From a bacterium (GTDB taxonomy: Bacteria > Hydrothermota > 32-111): a stretch of 27,448 nt of DNA. The number at the start of each line of letters is the position of its first letter. Positions within the stretch are counted from its first letter, which is position 1. Below the pieces are notes generated by a model. It ran no database searches. It was not told where the DNA came from and worked only from the letters and a program-made list of their open reading frames with translations. The DNA lies in NCBI GenBank assembly GCA_046484245.1, contig JAWOBN010000021.1, positions 1 to 27,448 of the forward strand, in the 5' to 3' direction. Below, one piece after another: positions 16,139-24,916 of the stretch. The translations under genes were made by a program, and so were the position numbers.

Positions 16139-18084
16139 AGAGAACACTGATTCTGCTGATCTTGATTTCAACTGTTATTATTATTCACGGCAGTGCGCAG
16201 TATCTCCGTGATCCAGAAAACAGGGATATTTCCAATAATAATGCAGTGTTCAATGTGAACAGGCAGGATGCAGAACTCAAATATATCTCTCCCGATTCAA
16301 TTACATATTATATTTTGAGACCGGGCGGCGATACTGTAGAGAACCGCCGCGATTCTCTGGGGATTTACAGAATAGAAGTCCATCCGTCCGGGCTCGGGGA
16401 AGGCGAATACTGGATTGAGGTTCTGGGCAGTGAGAAGCAGAAGGAGCTTGATTTTGAGTTTACTGTCAAGAGTTCTGTCAATATAGCTGAATTGATCCTT
16501 AAGGTTCTGCTCGGACTGGTTTTCTTCATGATGGGTCTGCAGTTCTCATCCAAGGGCCTTTCAAGAATATCCGGATACAGAATGAAGGAGATACTGTGGA
16601 ATCTCTCCGATTCACCCATAAAGGGCGGGCTTGCAGGCATTGTTCTGACAATGATGCTGCAGTCATCCACAGCTTTCTCCGTCATGATAACAAGTTTTGT
16701 GTCTGACGGACTCATTGGTGTTGTCGGCGCAGTATCCCTCCTTGCCGGTTCTGCAATAGGCACATCGGTGATTGTACAGATCATTGCATTCAATATATCC
16801 GTGTTTTCCATTATACTGATAATAACGGGGTTTGCTGTATATGACAGGGTGAAGAAATACAGGGACCTCGGCACTGTCATAATGGGTTTCGGGCTTATTT
16901 TCTTCGCTATTCAGACAATGTCCGGCGCAATGATGCCTGTTAGGGATACAGTATTCTTCTCCAGTGTGATAGATTTTCTCCAGAACAATCTTATACTGCT
17001 CTTTGTCCTTACATCAATATTCACATTTTCCGTCCATTCATCTGCTGTGGTGATTGCCCTTGTCATGGGGCTTTCAGCAACCGGGAAAATACCATTCAGC
17101 GGTGCTGTTGTAATGATTGCTGCTGCAAACCTGGGTACGACATTCACAGCAACAATGGCTTCATTCAGGGGAAACAGGCAGGCTAAATATGTTACAATTA
17201 TCAATGCTGTAATGAAACTCGCAGTGGGTATTGTGTTTGTCGCTATAATGTTCTCTCTTGAAAGCGTATTCACGGGCATTGCCCAGACATCAAGGGGTAT
17301 TGCCAATCTGCATCTCATATTCAATATATCCTTTGCTTTGATTGTATTAATGCTCATGCCCCTCATAGCATACATAGGCAGGAAGATCAAAGAGGGTGAA
17401 CAGACCATTGTGGACAGGACCCTGATTGGTGAAAGCATGAATACAACTCCGACACTTGCAATGGGCCATATATTCAATGAAATTGTGAAAATGGCTGAGA
17501 TAGCACACAGGATGGTGGACCGCTCATTTGATGTATTCAAGACCAATGACAATAATCTGAGGAAGGAACTGATTGCACTGGATGATGAGATAGACCAGTA
17601 TGAGAAGGAAATAACACTGCTTCTGGTGAAATTATCGGAGGAGGAGCTCACCTCCGGATGGTCTGCAAAGATCAAATCCATGCTTTTCATTGTTGATGAG
17701 ATAGAGCACATCGGTGATATTGTCAGCAAGAACCTCATGGTCAGTGCAAAGAAAAAGATTGAGAATAATTATTTCTTTTCCGATGAGGGATTTAGTGATA
17801 TCAAGTTAATGTATTCCGAAGTGCTTGAGACAGTGCGCAATGTCCTCTCCCTCATGACAATATTCAATGAAGAGGAAGCTGAACAGCTTCTCAAAAGAAG
17901 GGAAAAGGTGCTTGCCACATTGAACAGGCTTCATGCCAAGCATCTCGGGAGAATGCAGAAGGATATCAAGGAATCAATTGAAACATCAACACTGCATCTG
18001 GATATTCTTTCGGATTATGAGAGAATCAATTTCCATTCATACAAGATATGTTTTTATATTATTGAGAAGGAAAAAATAAAATAA
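16135..18084 (+). CDS. Na/Pi cotransporter family protein with C-terminal PhoU-like domain and an extra N-terminal exported domain
   Basis: Repeat motifs LQSSTA / VHSSAV, GSAIGTS / ANLGTT and ANLHLIFN, and a PhoU-like helical tail (DDEID, EIEHIGD, DYERI). The N-terminus has a signal-peptide-like segment plus ~95 soluble residues. Confidence 0.9.
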   Translation: MKRTLILLILISTVIIIHGSAQYLRDPENRDISNNNAVFNVNRQDAELKYISPDSITYYILRPGGDTVENRRDSLGIYRIEVHPSGLGEGEYWIEVLGSEKQKELDFEFTVKSSVNIAELILKVLLGLVFFMMGLQFSSKGLSRISGYRMKEILWNLSDSPIKGGLAGIVLTMMLQSSTAFSVMITSFVSDGLIGVVGAVSLLAGSAIGTSVIVQIIAFNISVFSIILIITGFAVYDRVKKYRDLGTVIMGFGLIFFAIQTMSGAMMPVRDTVFFSSVIDFLQNNLILLFVLTSIFTFSVHSSAVVIALVMGLSATGKIPFSGAVVMIAAANLGTTFTATMASFRGNRQAKYVTIINAVMKLAVGIVFVAIMFSLESVFTGIAQTSRGIANLHLIFNISFALIVLMLMPLIAYIGRKIKEGEQTIVDRTLIGESMNTTPTLAMGHIFNEIVKMAEIAHRMVDRSFDVFKTNDNNLRKELIALDDEIDQYEKEITLLLVKLSEEELTSGWSAKIKSMLFIVDEIEHIGDIVSKNLMVSAKKKIENNYFFSDEGFSDIKLMYSEVLETVRNVLSLMTIFNEEEAEQLLKRREKVLATLNRLHAKHLGRMQKDIKESIETSTLHLDILSDYERINFHSYKICFYIIEKEKIK

Positions 18085-18551
18085 TGGAGGATATGATGAT
18101 AGAGGGTGTGAAATTCAAGGAACTTATCATGCACAATGACGAGAGAGGGCGTCTGATGGAGATACTGAGAAATGATGATGATGCGTACACTGAATTCGGA
18201 CAGGTTTATATGACCACTAATTATCCCGGAATTGTCAAAGCCTGGCACTGTCATGAGAAACAGACAGATTATGTCACCTGTATATCCGGTATGATAAAGC
18301 TGGCTCTGTATGACGGCAGAAAAGAATCATCCACATACCGCAGTGTTGAGGAATTATTCATTGGTGACCATAAGAAGAGAATGGTTATCATACCTCCCGG
18401 TGTATATCACGGGTGGAAGAACATAGGCACTGATGAGTCCATTGTTGTTTCTGTTATCACCCGGACATATAATCCCGAAAACCCCGATGAACTCAGGCTT
18501 CCCTATGATACAGACAAAATACCCTATTCATGGGAAGTTAAAATGGGATGA
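18084..18551 (+). CDS. dTDP-4-dehydrorhamnose 3,5-epimerase family (RmlC-like cupin)
   Basis: Motifs MIEGVK..L..HNDERG.LMEILR, VKAWHCH, LYDGRKESST and IPPGVYHGWK. Confidence 0.85.
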   Translation: MEDMMIEGVKFKELIMHNDERGRLMEILRNDDDAYTEFGQVYMTTNYPGIVKAWHCHEKQTDYVTCISGMIKLALYDGRKESSTYRSVEELFIGDHKKRMVIIPPGVYHGWKNIGTDESIVVSVITRTYNPENPDELRLPYDTDKIPYSWEVKMG

Positions 18552-19231
18552 TTATGAGCAATGAGATTCTCTGGATTATTTTCCTTCTTCTTGATCTGGG
18601 TGTAACAACATTAATATTCAAGTATTTCAGGAAAGAGGGTTTGTATTTTATCATAGGAATCAACATCATACTGTGCAATATACAGGTGATGAAGGTTGTT
18701 GAGATATTCTCCGTAACTGTGACACTGGGCAATATCATGTACGGCTCAATTTATTTTGCAACTGACCTTCTCAATGAATTCTACGGCAGAAAAGAGGCAT
18801 ACAGGGGAGTTATTGTGGGGTTTATTGCCCTCATTATGATGACAGTGTTCATGCAGCTGTCACTGATGTTTACCCCTGCTCCGGATGATTTCATCAACCC
18901 GGCTCTTGTGGAGATTTTCTCATTGATGCCGAGGATTGCGCTTGCTTCAATAACAGCCTATGCTGTGTCACAGATACACGATGTGTGGATTTACAGTATT
19001 TACAAGGCAAAGACAAAGGGAAAGTATCTCTGGCTGAGGAATAATCTCTCAACAATGGTGTCTCAGCTGATTGATACTGCACTGTTTGTATTCATTGCAT
19101 TCTGGGGACTCTTCCCGAGGGATGTCTTTATTTCAATTTTCATAACAACATATATAATGAAATTCATTGTTGCTGCCATGGATACTCCGTTCATTTACCT
19201 TTGCCGGAAGATAGCAGGAGGTGAAAGATGA
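18548..19231 (+). CDS. yhhQ: Queuosine precursor transporter (YhhQ / Vut_1 family)
   Basis: Multi-TM protein with ATDLLNEFYG, RIALASITAYAVSQIHDV, LWLRNNLSTMVSQLIDT and DTPF motifs. Confidence 0.9.
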   Translation: MIMSNEILWIIFLLLDLGVTTLIFKYFRKEGLYFIIGINIILCNIQVMKVVEIFSVTVTLGNIMYGSIYFATDLLNEFYGRKEAYRGVIVGFIALIMMTVFMQLSLMFTPAPDDFINPALVEIFSLMPRIALASITAYAVSQIHDVWIYSIYKAKTKGKYLWLRNNLSTMVSQLIDTALFVFIAFWGLFPRDVFISIFITTYIMKFIVAAMDTPFIYLCRKIAGGER

Positions 19232-20574
19232 TATTTACCAGACAATTCAAGATTCTTATCTCCGCTATTATTATCATGATAATATTCATCATTGTCTCAA
19301 TCAACATACTGATTATTTTCCAGTCAAGACAGATGGATACATTCTACAGGACGGAAGCATCCCGCCTGGCCGGCATGATTGATGATATTGAAGATGGCAG
19401 TATAGAACCGCCCTCTTTCATACTGAGCATACATCTCTTTGAAGAAGGCAAGTACAATAACCGTAAGGTGGTTTACGGCAAGGGGGACAGGGATAATCTT
19501 GAGGGCAGTAAGCTCATTGAAAATATACCCGGCACTGATTTGAGGATGCTTATTGTGTTCAGGGACATCAATCCTTATTTCAATATCATTATCATATTCA
19601 ATACAGTGATAATGCTTATGGTGCTCATTGTATTCCTGGGGTATTTCATATACATATATATGTCAAGGAAACGCTATATAGAGAATATACTGTCTATACG
19701 CAGTGCAGATGATATTGATATTGTGAGGTCTCAGGTGAATCCGGACGGTGATCTTGTCATTCTCATTGATTTCATTGAGAATTATACCGGAAAATACAAG
19801 GAAGAGATCAAGAAACTGAATAATGAAATTGCTTCTATTGAACATCAGAACAAATCATTACTCAACCGGGACATACTCAAAACAGGTATAATAGAGAATA
19901 TTTCCCATGAACTGAAGTCACCCCTGACAAAGGTGAAGGGCTACATAGAATATATATACGAGGGCGAGATGGGACCGATAAATGAGAAACAGACAGAGGC
20001 AATCAAAATCGCATCAAGCAATCTTGAACTTGTTCTCAAGCAGATTGACAGAATACTGCTCTATACAAAGGATGAAATGTATTCAGACGAAATGGAGCAA
20101 TTCCCGCTCAAGGGTGTTATAAGTGATGTATATGATGCATACAGGGAGGAATTCGCCAGAAAGGACATTGAAACAACTGTTGACACGGAGAATCTCGTTT
20201 CTGATGTAAGAGGCACGAGGATGGCCCTCTTTGAGGTTTTTGACAATATCATAAATAATGCCTTGAAATTTACCCCGAAAGGTGGTAAAATAATAATACA
20301 AGCTTATGAAAGACAGTTCCAAAGCAGGATAAATGCTGTAGTAAGAATTTCTGACACGGGAGTAGGTGTGCCGACAGATAAAATTGACAAAATCTTTGAA
20401 CGTTTCTATCAGGTTGAACAGAATACTAACAGGAAATACAGCGGCATGGGGCTTGGGCTCACAATTTCCAAAAATATCATAGAAAGACACGGCGGGGCAA
20501 TTGATGTGAATTCATCTGCAGATGAAGGGACAACATTCATTATTCGCCTGCCTGTAATAAATGCGGAGGGATAA
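19228..20574 (+). CDS. Membrane sensor histidine kinase
   Basis: Two TM segments, H-box ISHELKSPL, N-box NIINNALKFT, DTGVG, FERFYQV and GMGLGL. Confidence 0.92.
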   Translation: MIFTRQFKILISAIIIMIIFIIVSINILIIFQSRQMDTFYRTEASRLAGMIDDIEDGSIEPPSFILSIHLFEEGKYNNRKVVYGKGDRDNLEGSKLIENIPGTDLRMLIVFRDINPYFNIIIIFNTVIMLMVLIVFLGYFIYIYMSRKRYIENILSIRSADDIDIVRSQVNPDGDLVILIDFIENYTGKYKEEIKKLNNEIASIEHQNKSLLNRDILKTGIIENISHELKSPLTKVKGYIEYIYEGEMGPINEKQTEAIKIASSNLELVLKQIDRILLYTKDEMYSDEMEQFPLKGVISDVYDAYREEFARKDIETTVDTENLVSDVRGTRMALFEVFDNIINNALKFTPKGGKIIIQAYERQFQSRINAVVRISDTGVGVPTDKIDKIFERFYQVEQNTNRKYSGMGLGLTISKNIIERHGGAIDVNSSADEGTTFIIRLPVINAEG

Positions 20575-20575
20575 A

Positions 20576-20971
20576 ATGAGTGATGAAAAATTGATACTTG
20601 TAATTGATGATGATGAAGAGATACTCAATCTCATTGAAATGATTCTCACAAACAAGAATTATAAAGTAGAGACAGCATTGACAGGTGAAGAGGGGATCAA
20701 GCTCGCAATAAAGAGTCACCCCGACCTTATTCTCCTTGATATAATGATGCCTGTGATGGATGGATGGGAAATACTCAAAATGCTCCATACAGAGGAGAAG
20801 ACGAGAAATATCCCTGTGGCAATGCTCACATGCAAAACAGATGTGAAGAACAAGCTCATCGGACTTCAGGAAGGGGCAATTGATTATATCACAAAGCCGT
20901 TCTCACCCGAGGAATTGACCTCAAGGGTTGAGAGTATCTTCAATATTTTCAAAAAGGGTTCTGCTCAATGA
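20576..20971 (+). CDS. Single-domain response regulator (receiver only)
   Basis: Motifs ILVIDDD, LLDIMMPVMDG, MLT and ITKPF; GGAGG RBS before the ATG at 20576. Confidence 0.92.
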   Translation: MSDEKLILVIDDDEEILNLIEMILTNKNYKVETALTGEEGIKLAIKSHPDLILLDIMMPVMDGWEILKMLHTEEKTRNIPVAMLTCKTDVKNKLIGLQEGAIDYITKPFSPEELTSRVESIFNIFKKGSAQ

Positions 20972-22278
20972 ATGAAAATGACTATTTTAAGCTGCATACT
21001 GAGTGGCTGAAGTTCAAGAGTTGTCTCTATGACATGAATACAGGCCTGCCCATAATCAATGTGATTATGGATGACATAAGGAAACTGCTTGATGAATATG
21101 ACAAACTCGCTGTAATATATGTTGATGTCTCCAAAGACATAGAGTCATTATACGGATGGCAGGTTTACGACAAACTCATCAGATTGTCCGTAAACAGGCT
21201 CAATTCCCTCAAGAAGGAAATGCTGCCTGCCAGTTCCATAATTTCTCTGACCAGTGTGCGTTCCGGAGAGGTTGTCATAATTTTCCCCACGGACAAATCA
21301 GGCAATACACTCTCTGTAGCATTGGTGGAAAAGCTTATTCATAAGATGAGCTCAACTCTGGAGAATGAACTGCCCGGATGGGAGCCCGATTATGTGTTTG
21401 CAACAAAAATATTCAGATTCGGATATTCATTCCTAAAGAAACAGACAGTAATGAGAACAGAGCGCCTCATATTCTCGGCAATTCAGAAATCCAAGCGGCT
21501 TGTTGAAATGCAGAAGAAGGAGTCGCGCCTGGACAGGGATCTGAATCTTGAATACATTATTGTCAATAATGAGATTGATATGGTCTATCAGCCCATAATA
21601 TATATGGATGACCTCTCAGTGCTCGGTTATGAAGCCCTTGCAAGGGTGGAGAATGCGGGTTTTCTGTCCAGTACGGAGATACTCTTCTCCTATGCTGTGG
21701 AAACAGATATGCTCCTTGATCTTGAGCGGATCTGCAGGACAAATGCAATAAAGAGGATACCCGGCAAACTCAAGGGCAAGAAACTCTTTCTCAACAGTTC
21801 AGCCAAGGGTATATACGACCCTGAATTCCAGTCACGGAAATTTGACAGCTTTTTGAAGGACAATGGCATGTCCAATGAGGATGTTGTTATTGAAATAACG
21901 GAGAGGCTTGCTGTGTCTGATTACCATGCATTCACATCATCCATAAAGATACTTAAGGACAAGGGTTACAAGATTGCAATTGATGACATGGGGGCCGGAT
22001 ATTCTTCACTCAGGACAATTGCGGAAATCAAACCGGATTATCTCAAATATGACATGGCTCTCATTAGGGATATACATCAAAATCTTATAAAGAAAGACCT
22101 CCTTGAAACATTGATACCATTCACAGAGCGTCTCGGTGCAAATATAATAGCAGAAGGCATAGAAACAGAAAACGAATACCATGTACTGAAGAAACTGGGA
22201 ATAAAATTCGGACAGGGCTATTATTTTGCCAGACCTTCATACCCGTTCCCGGAGATCAAGGTAAAGCCAGTAGATTAA
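20968..22278 (+). CDS. EAL-domain c-di-GMP phosphodiesterase with N-terminal degenerate GGDEF-like domain
   Basis: EAL motifs YQPI, GYEALAR, FLN, IEITE, AIDDMGAGYSSL, K, AEGIE and QGYYF. The N-terminal half has AVIYVDV..IESLYG and RSGEVVII in place of GGDEF. Confidence 0.88.
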   Translation: MNENDYFKLHTEWLKFKSCLYDMNTGLPIINVIMDDIRKLLDEYDKLAVIYVDVSKDIESLYGWQVYDKLIRLSVNRLNSLKKEMLPASSIISLTSVRSGEVVIIFPTDKSGNTLSVALVEKLIHKMSSTLENELPGWEPDYVFATKIFRFGYSFLKKQTVMRTERLIFSAIQKSKRLVEMQKKESRLDRDLNLEYIIVNNEIDMVYQPIIYMDDLSVLGYEALARVENAGFLSSTEILFSYAVETDMLLDLERICRTNAIKRIPGKLKGKKLFLNSSAKGIYDPEFQSRKFDSFLKDNGMSNEDVVIEITERLAVSDYHAFTSSIKILKDKGYKIAIDDMGAGYSSLRTIAEIKPDYLKYDMALIRDIHQNLIKKDLLETLIPFTERLGANIIAEGIETENEYHVLKKLGIKFGQGYYFARPSYPFPEIKVKPVD

Positions 22279-22279
22279 A

Positions 22280-23935
22280 GTGACAATCAGAATACTCCCC
22301 GAAAAAGTTTACTCACTCATAGCAGCAGGTGAAGTCATAGAGAGACCGTCTTCTGTTGTAAGAGAGCTTATCCAGAATGCCATAGATGCAGGCAGTGATT
22401 CCATTGAACTGATACTGAGTGCAGGGGGCAGGGATTCCATCAGTGTCATAGACAATGGTGCAGGAATGGATAGGGAAGACCTCCTGAACTGCATAAAACC
22501 ACATTCAACAAGCAAGATTGCCCGTGAGGGTGACCTGGAGAGCATCAATACATATGGTTTCAGGGGGGAGGCCCTCCATGCTGTTGCCAGTGTGTCACGG
22601 CTGACAATTGAGACATGCCTGCACAGCAGTGAAACCGCATATTGTCTTGAAACCGGGTTTTCGGGCAATACGGACATCTCCCGGACAGCCAGGCAGCCCG
22701 GAACAACCGTGACTGTCAATGACCTGTTCAGGAATATGCCGGCAAGGAGGAAGTTCCTCAAATCGGATTCAGTGGAGGCGAATCATTCCATGCATCAATT
22801 CATGATGTATGCACTGGCAAATGAATCAATCAAATTCCGGCTGAAGAACAATTCCTCAATAGTGCACAGTATTGAGAAACATTCAATGAAAGACAGGGCG
22901 GAGTATATTGCAGGCAGTGAATTCATTGACAATTCATACAGTGTTGATTTCTTCAGCAATGATATGCATATTACCGGATATGTGGGCAAACCGGACATAT
23001 TCTCGGATAAAAGGACACGCATCAATCACATGTTCGTCAACAGGAGATATATTTACAATCCGCTCATAAGAAAAGCCCTTTACTCTGCATTTGATTCACA
23101 GCTCTCACACCGTTATCTGCCATTCATAATATTCATTGACGTACCGCCTGAACTGATTGATGTGAATATACATCCTGCAAAGAGGGAGATAAAATTCAAG
23201 AATGAGAAGGCGGTATTCCCCGCAATCATCAATGCAGTGCGGTCAGCTGTTCAGGTCAGAAAGGCGGTTGACAGCAGGAATGCATTGGGAATTGTGCCGG
23301 AAATGGAGGACAATAGGGAAGACAGTGAAGCAGTTTCACTCTTTTCTGAAGAGAGCAGCACCCTGACAACATACAGTCGGCAGCAGACATCACAATTATG
23401 GCAGTTCAATAAATCCTATATAATCACCCAGCTCAAAGACAAGCTGTATGTGATTGACCAGCATGCTGCCCATGAGAGGATTATGTATGAGCGCTTTGCA
23501 GACAGCAGTGACCTGACCTCTCAGAGAATGCTCTTCTCAAAGACAATAAAGCTGGACAGTGAATTGATGGAGATATATGAGGAGAATGAGGATTATCTCA
23601 GATCAAACGGATTCATTACGAGGAAATTCGGCAATGACATAATACTGCTTGAAGGAGTCCCCTCAATCATTGAATCCAATTTTACAGAAAATGATTTCAC
23701 GGGCATACTGGAGGATTTCAGTTCAAACAGGACAATTGGTTCAATTGATGATATGCTTAAGCTCATGGCATGCAGGACAGCGATAAAGGCAAACACAGTC
23801 CTCAGTCAGGCGGAAATGGCAAAGATACTCTCAGAGCTCTTCAGATGCGATAATCCGTATGCCTGTCCGCACGGGAGACCCACTGTAAGGATATTTGAGA
23901 CAGATGAGATAGAGCGATGGTTCAAGCGCACATAG
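22280..23935 (+). CDS. mutL: DNA mismatch repair endonuclease MutL
   Basis: Motifs IAAGEVIERP, GFRGEAL and DVNIHPAK; endonuclease motifs DQHAAHERIMYE, MACR and CPHGRP. GTG start. Confidence 0.96.
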   Translation: MTIRILPEKVYSLIAAGEVIERPSSVVRELIQNAIDAGSDSIELILSAGGRDSISVIDNGAGMDREDLLNCIKPHSTSKIAREGDLESINTYGFRGEALHAVASVSRLTIETCLHSSETAYCLETGFSGNTDISRTARQPGTTVTVNDLFRNMPARRKFLKSDSVEANHSMHQFMMYALANESIKFRLKNNSSIVHSIEKHSMKDRAEYIAGSEFIDNSYSVDFFSNDMHITGYVGKPDIFSDKRTRINHMFVNRRYIYNPLIRKALYSAFDSQLSHRYLPFIIFIDVPPELIDVNIHPAKREIKFKNEKAVFPAIINAVRSAVQVRKAVDSRNALGIVPEMEDNREDSEAVSLFSEESSTLTTYSRQQTSQLWQFNKSYIITQLKDKLYVIDQHAAHERIMYERFADSSDLTSQRMLFSKTIKLDSELMEIYEENEDYLRSNGFITRKFGNDIILLEGVPSIIESNFTENDFTGILEDFSSNRTIGSIDDMLKLMACRTAIKANTVLSQAEMAKILSELFRCDNPYACPHGRPTVRIFETDEIERWFKRT

Positions 23936-24786
23936 ACCTTCTCCTGGGCCCGACTGCATCAGGCAAAACCCTTTATATTGAAGACCTTTCAAAACATAAT
24001 GAATTTGAAGTGATAAACTGTGATTCCAGGCAGATATACAAATACCTTGACATAGGCACAGCAAAGCCGCCTGCATCACTGCTCAGTGAAGTGCCCCATC
24101 ACATGGTTGATGTAACTGAGATTGACAGGAGCTTCTCTGTAGGTGATTTCCTGGATATTGCACTGAGGGAAATTGCCGCTGAAAAGCGCATTATAATCAG
24201 TGCAGGCACACCCTTCTATATCAATATACTGATAAACGGCATCAGTGATATACCTGACACAGACCCTGAGGTTAGGGCAAGAACCCAAGAACTGGAAGAT
24301 GAGAAGGGGCTTGATTATCTCTATGACATGCTCTATAAAGCAGACCCTGCAAGGGCACTGGACCTCAGTCCCAATGATTCACAGAGAATTAAACGGAGTA
24401 TAGAGGTGTATCTCCAGACAGGCAGACCGATATCCCATTTCTACAGGAACAAGAGGAAGTTCAATATTGCATTTGACTCCGTGAAATACCTCAATTGGTC
24501 AAGGGCGCAACTACAAGAGCGGATAATCAAAAGAACAGACAGTATGATTAATGGCGGGCTTATTGAAGAGACAGAGCATATAACAGACAGATATTCTGCG
24601 GAAATACTGAGAAATAAGAAGATAATCGGATATAATGAGGTGCTTGACTATCTTGAGGGAAATTCTGACAGAGACAGAATGCGGGAATTGATTATCTCAA
24701 ATACTATGAAGTATGTGAAAAGCCAGCTCACATTCTTCAGAAAGATACTGCGCCAATTGGACACCAGCATTATTGATTCAATATAA
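23917..24786 (+). CDS. miaA: tRNA dimethylallyltransferase
   Basis: Motifs GPTASGKT, DSRQIYKYLDIGTAKP, PHHMVD and IGYNE; canonical position after mutL. Confidence 0.95.
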   Translation: MVQAHIDLLLGPTASGKTLYIEDLSKHNEFEVINCDSRQIYKYLDIGTAKPPASLLSEVPHHMVDVTEIDRSFSVGDFLDIALREIAAEKRIIISAGTPFYINILINGISDIPDTDPEVRARTQELEDEKGLDYLYDMLYKADPARALDLSPNDSQRIKRSIEVYLQTGRPISHFYRNKRKFNIAFDSVKYLNWSRAQLQERIIKRTDSMINGGLIEETEHITDRYSAEILRNKKIIGYNEVLDYLEGNSDRDRMRELIISNTMKYVKSQLTFFRKILRQLDTSIIDSI

Positions 24787-24916
24787 AGTGTATTGTTCAC
24801 ATTACACTGTAATACCCCTTTGACTCAAAAAACAACAAACTCATCATAAATCGCAGAATAATTATACTTAGAATGGTATGAGTATTGCATAATATAGTGA
24901 TATAAAAGGAGATAAC

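Noticed and set aside
16365..17738. Long antisense ORFs (171 aa and 275 aa) opposite the Na/Pi cotransporter
   Set aside because: Shadow frames of a well-supported gene with no motifs. The same applies to the other short antisense ORFs inside the kinase, peptidase, mutL and ATPase genes.
24787..24916. hfq expected after mutL-miaA
   Set aside because: The gap is only 130 bp with no Hfq-like ORF; its absence is common outside some phyla and unremarkable.
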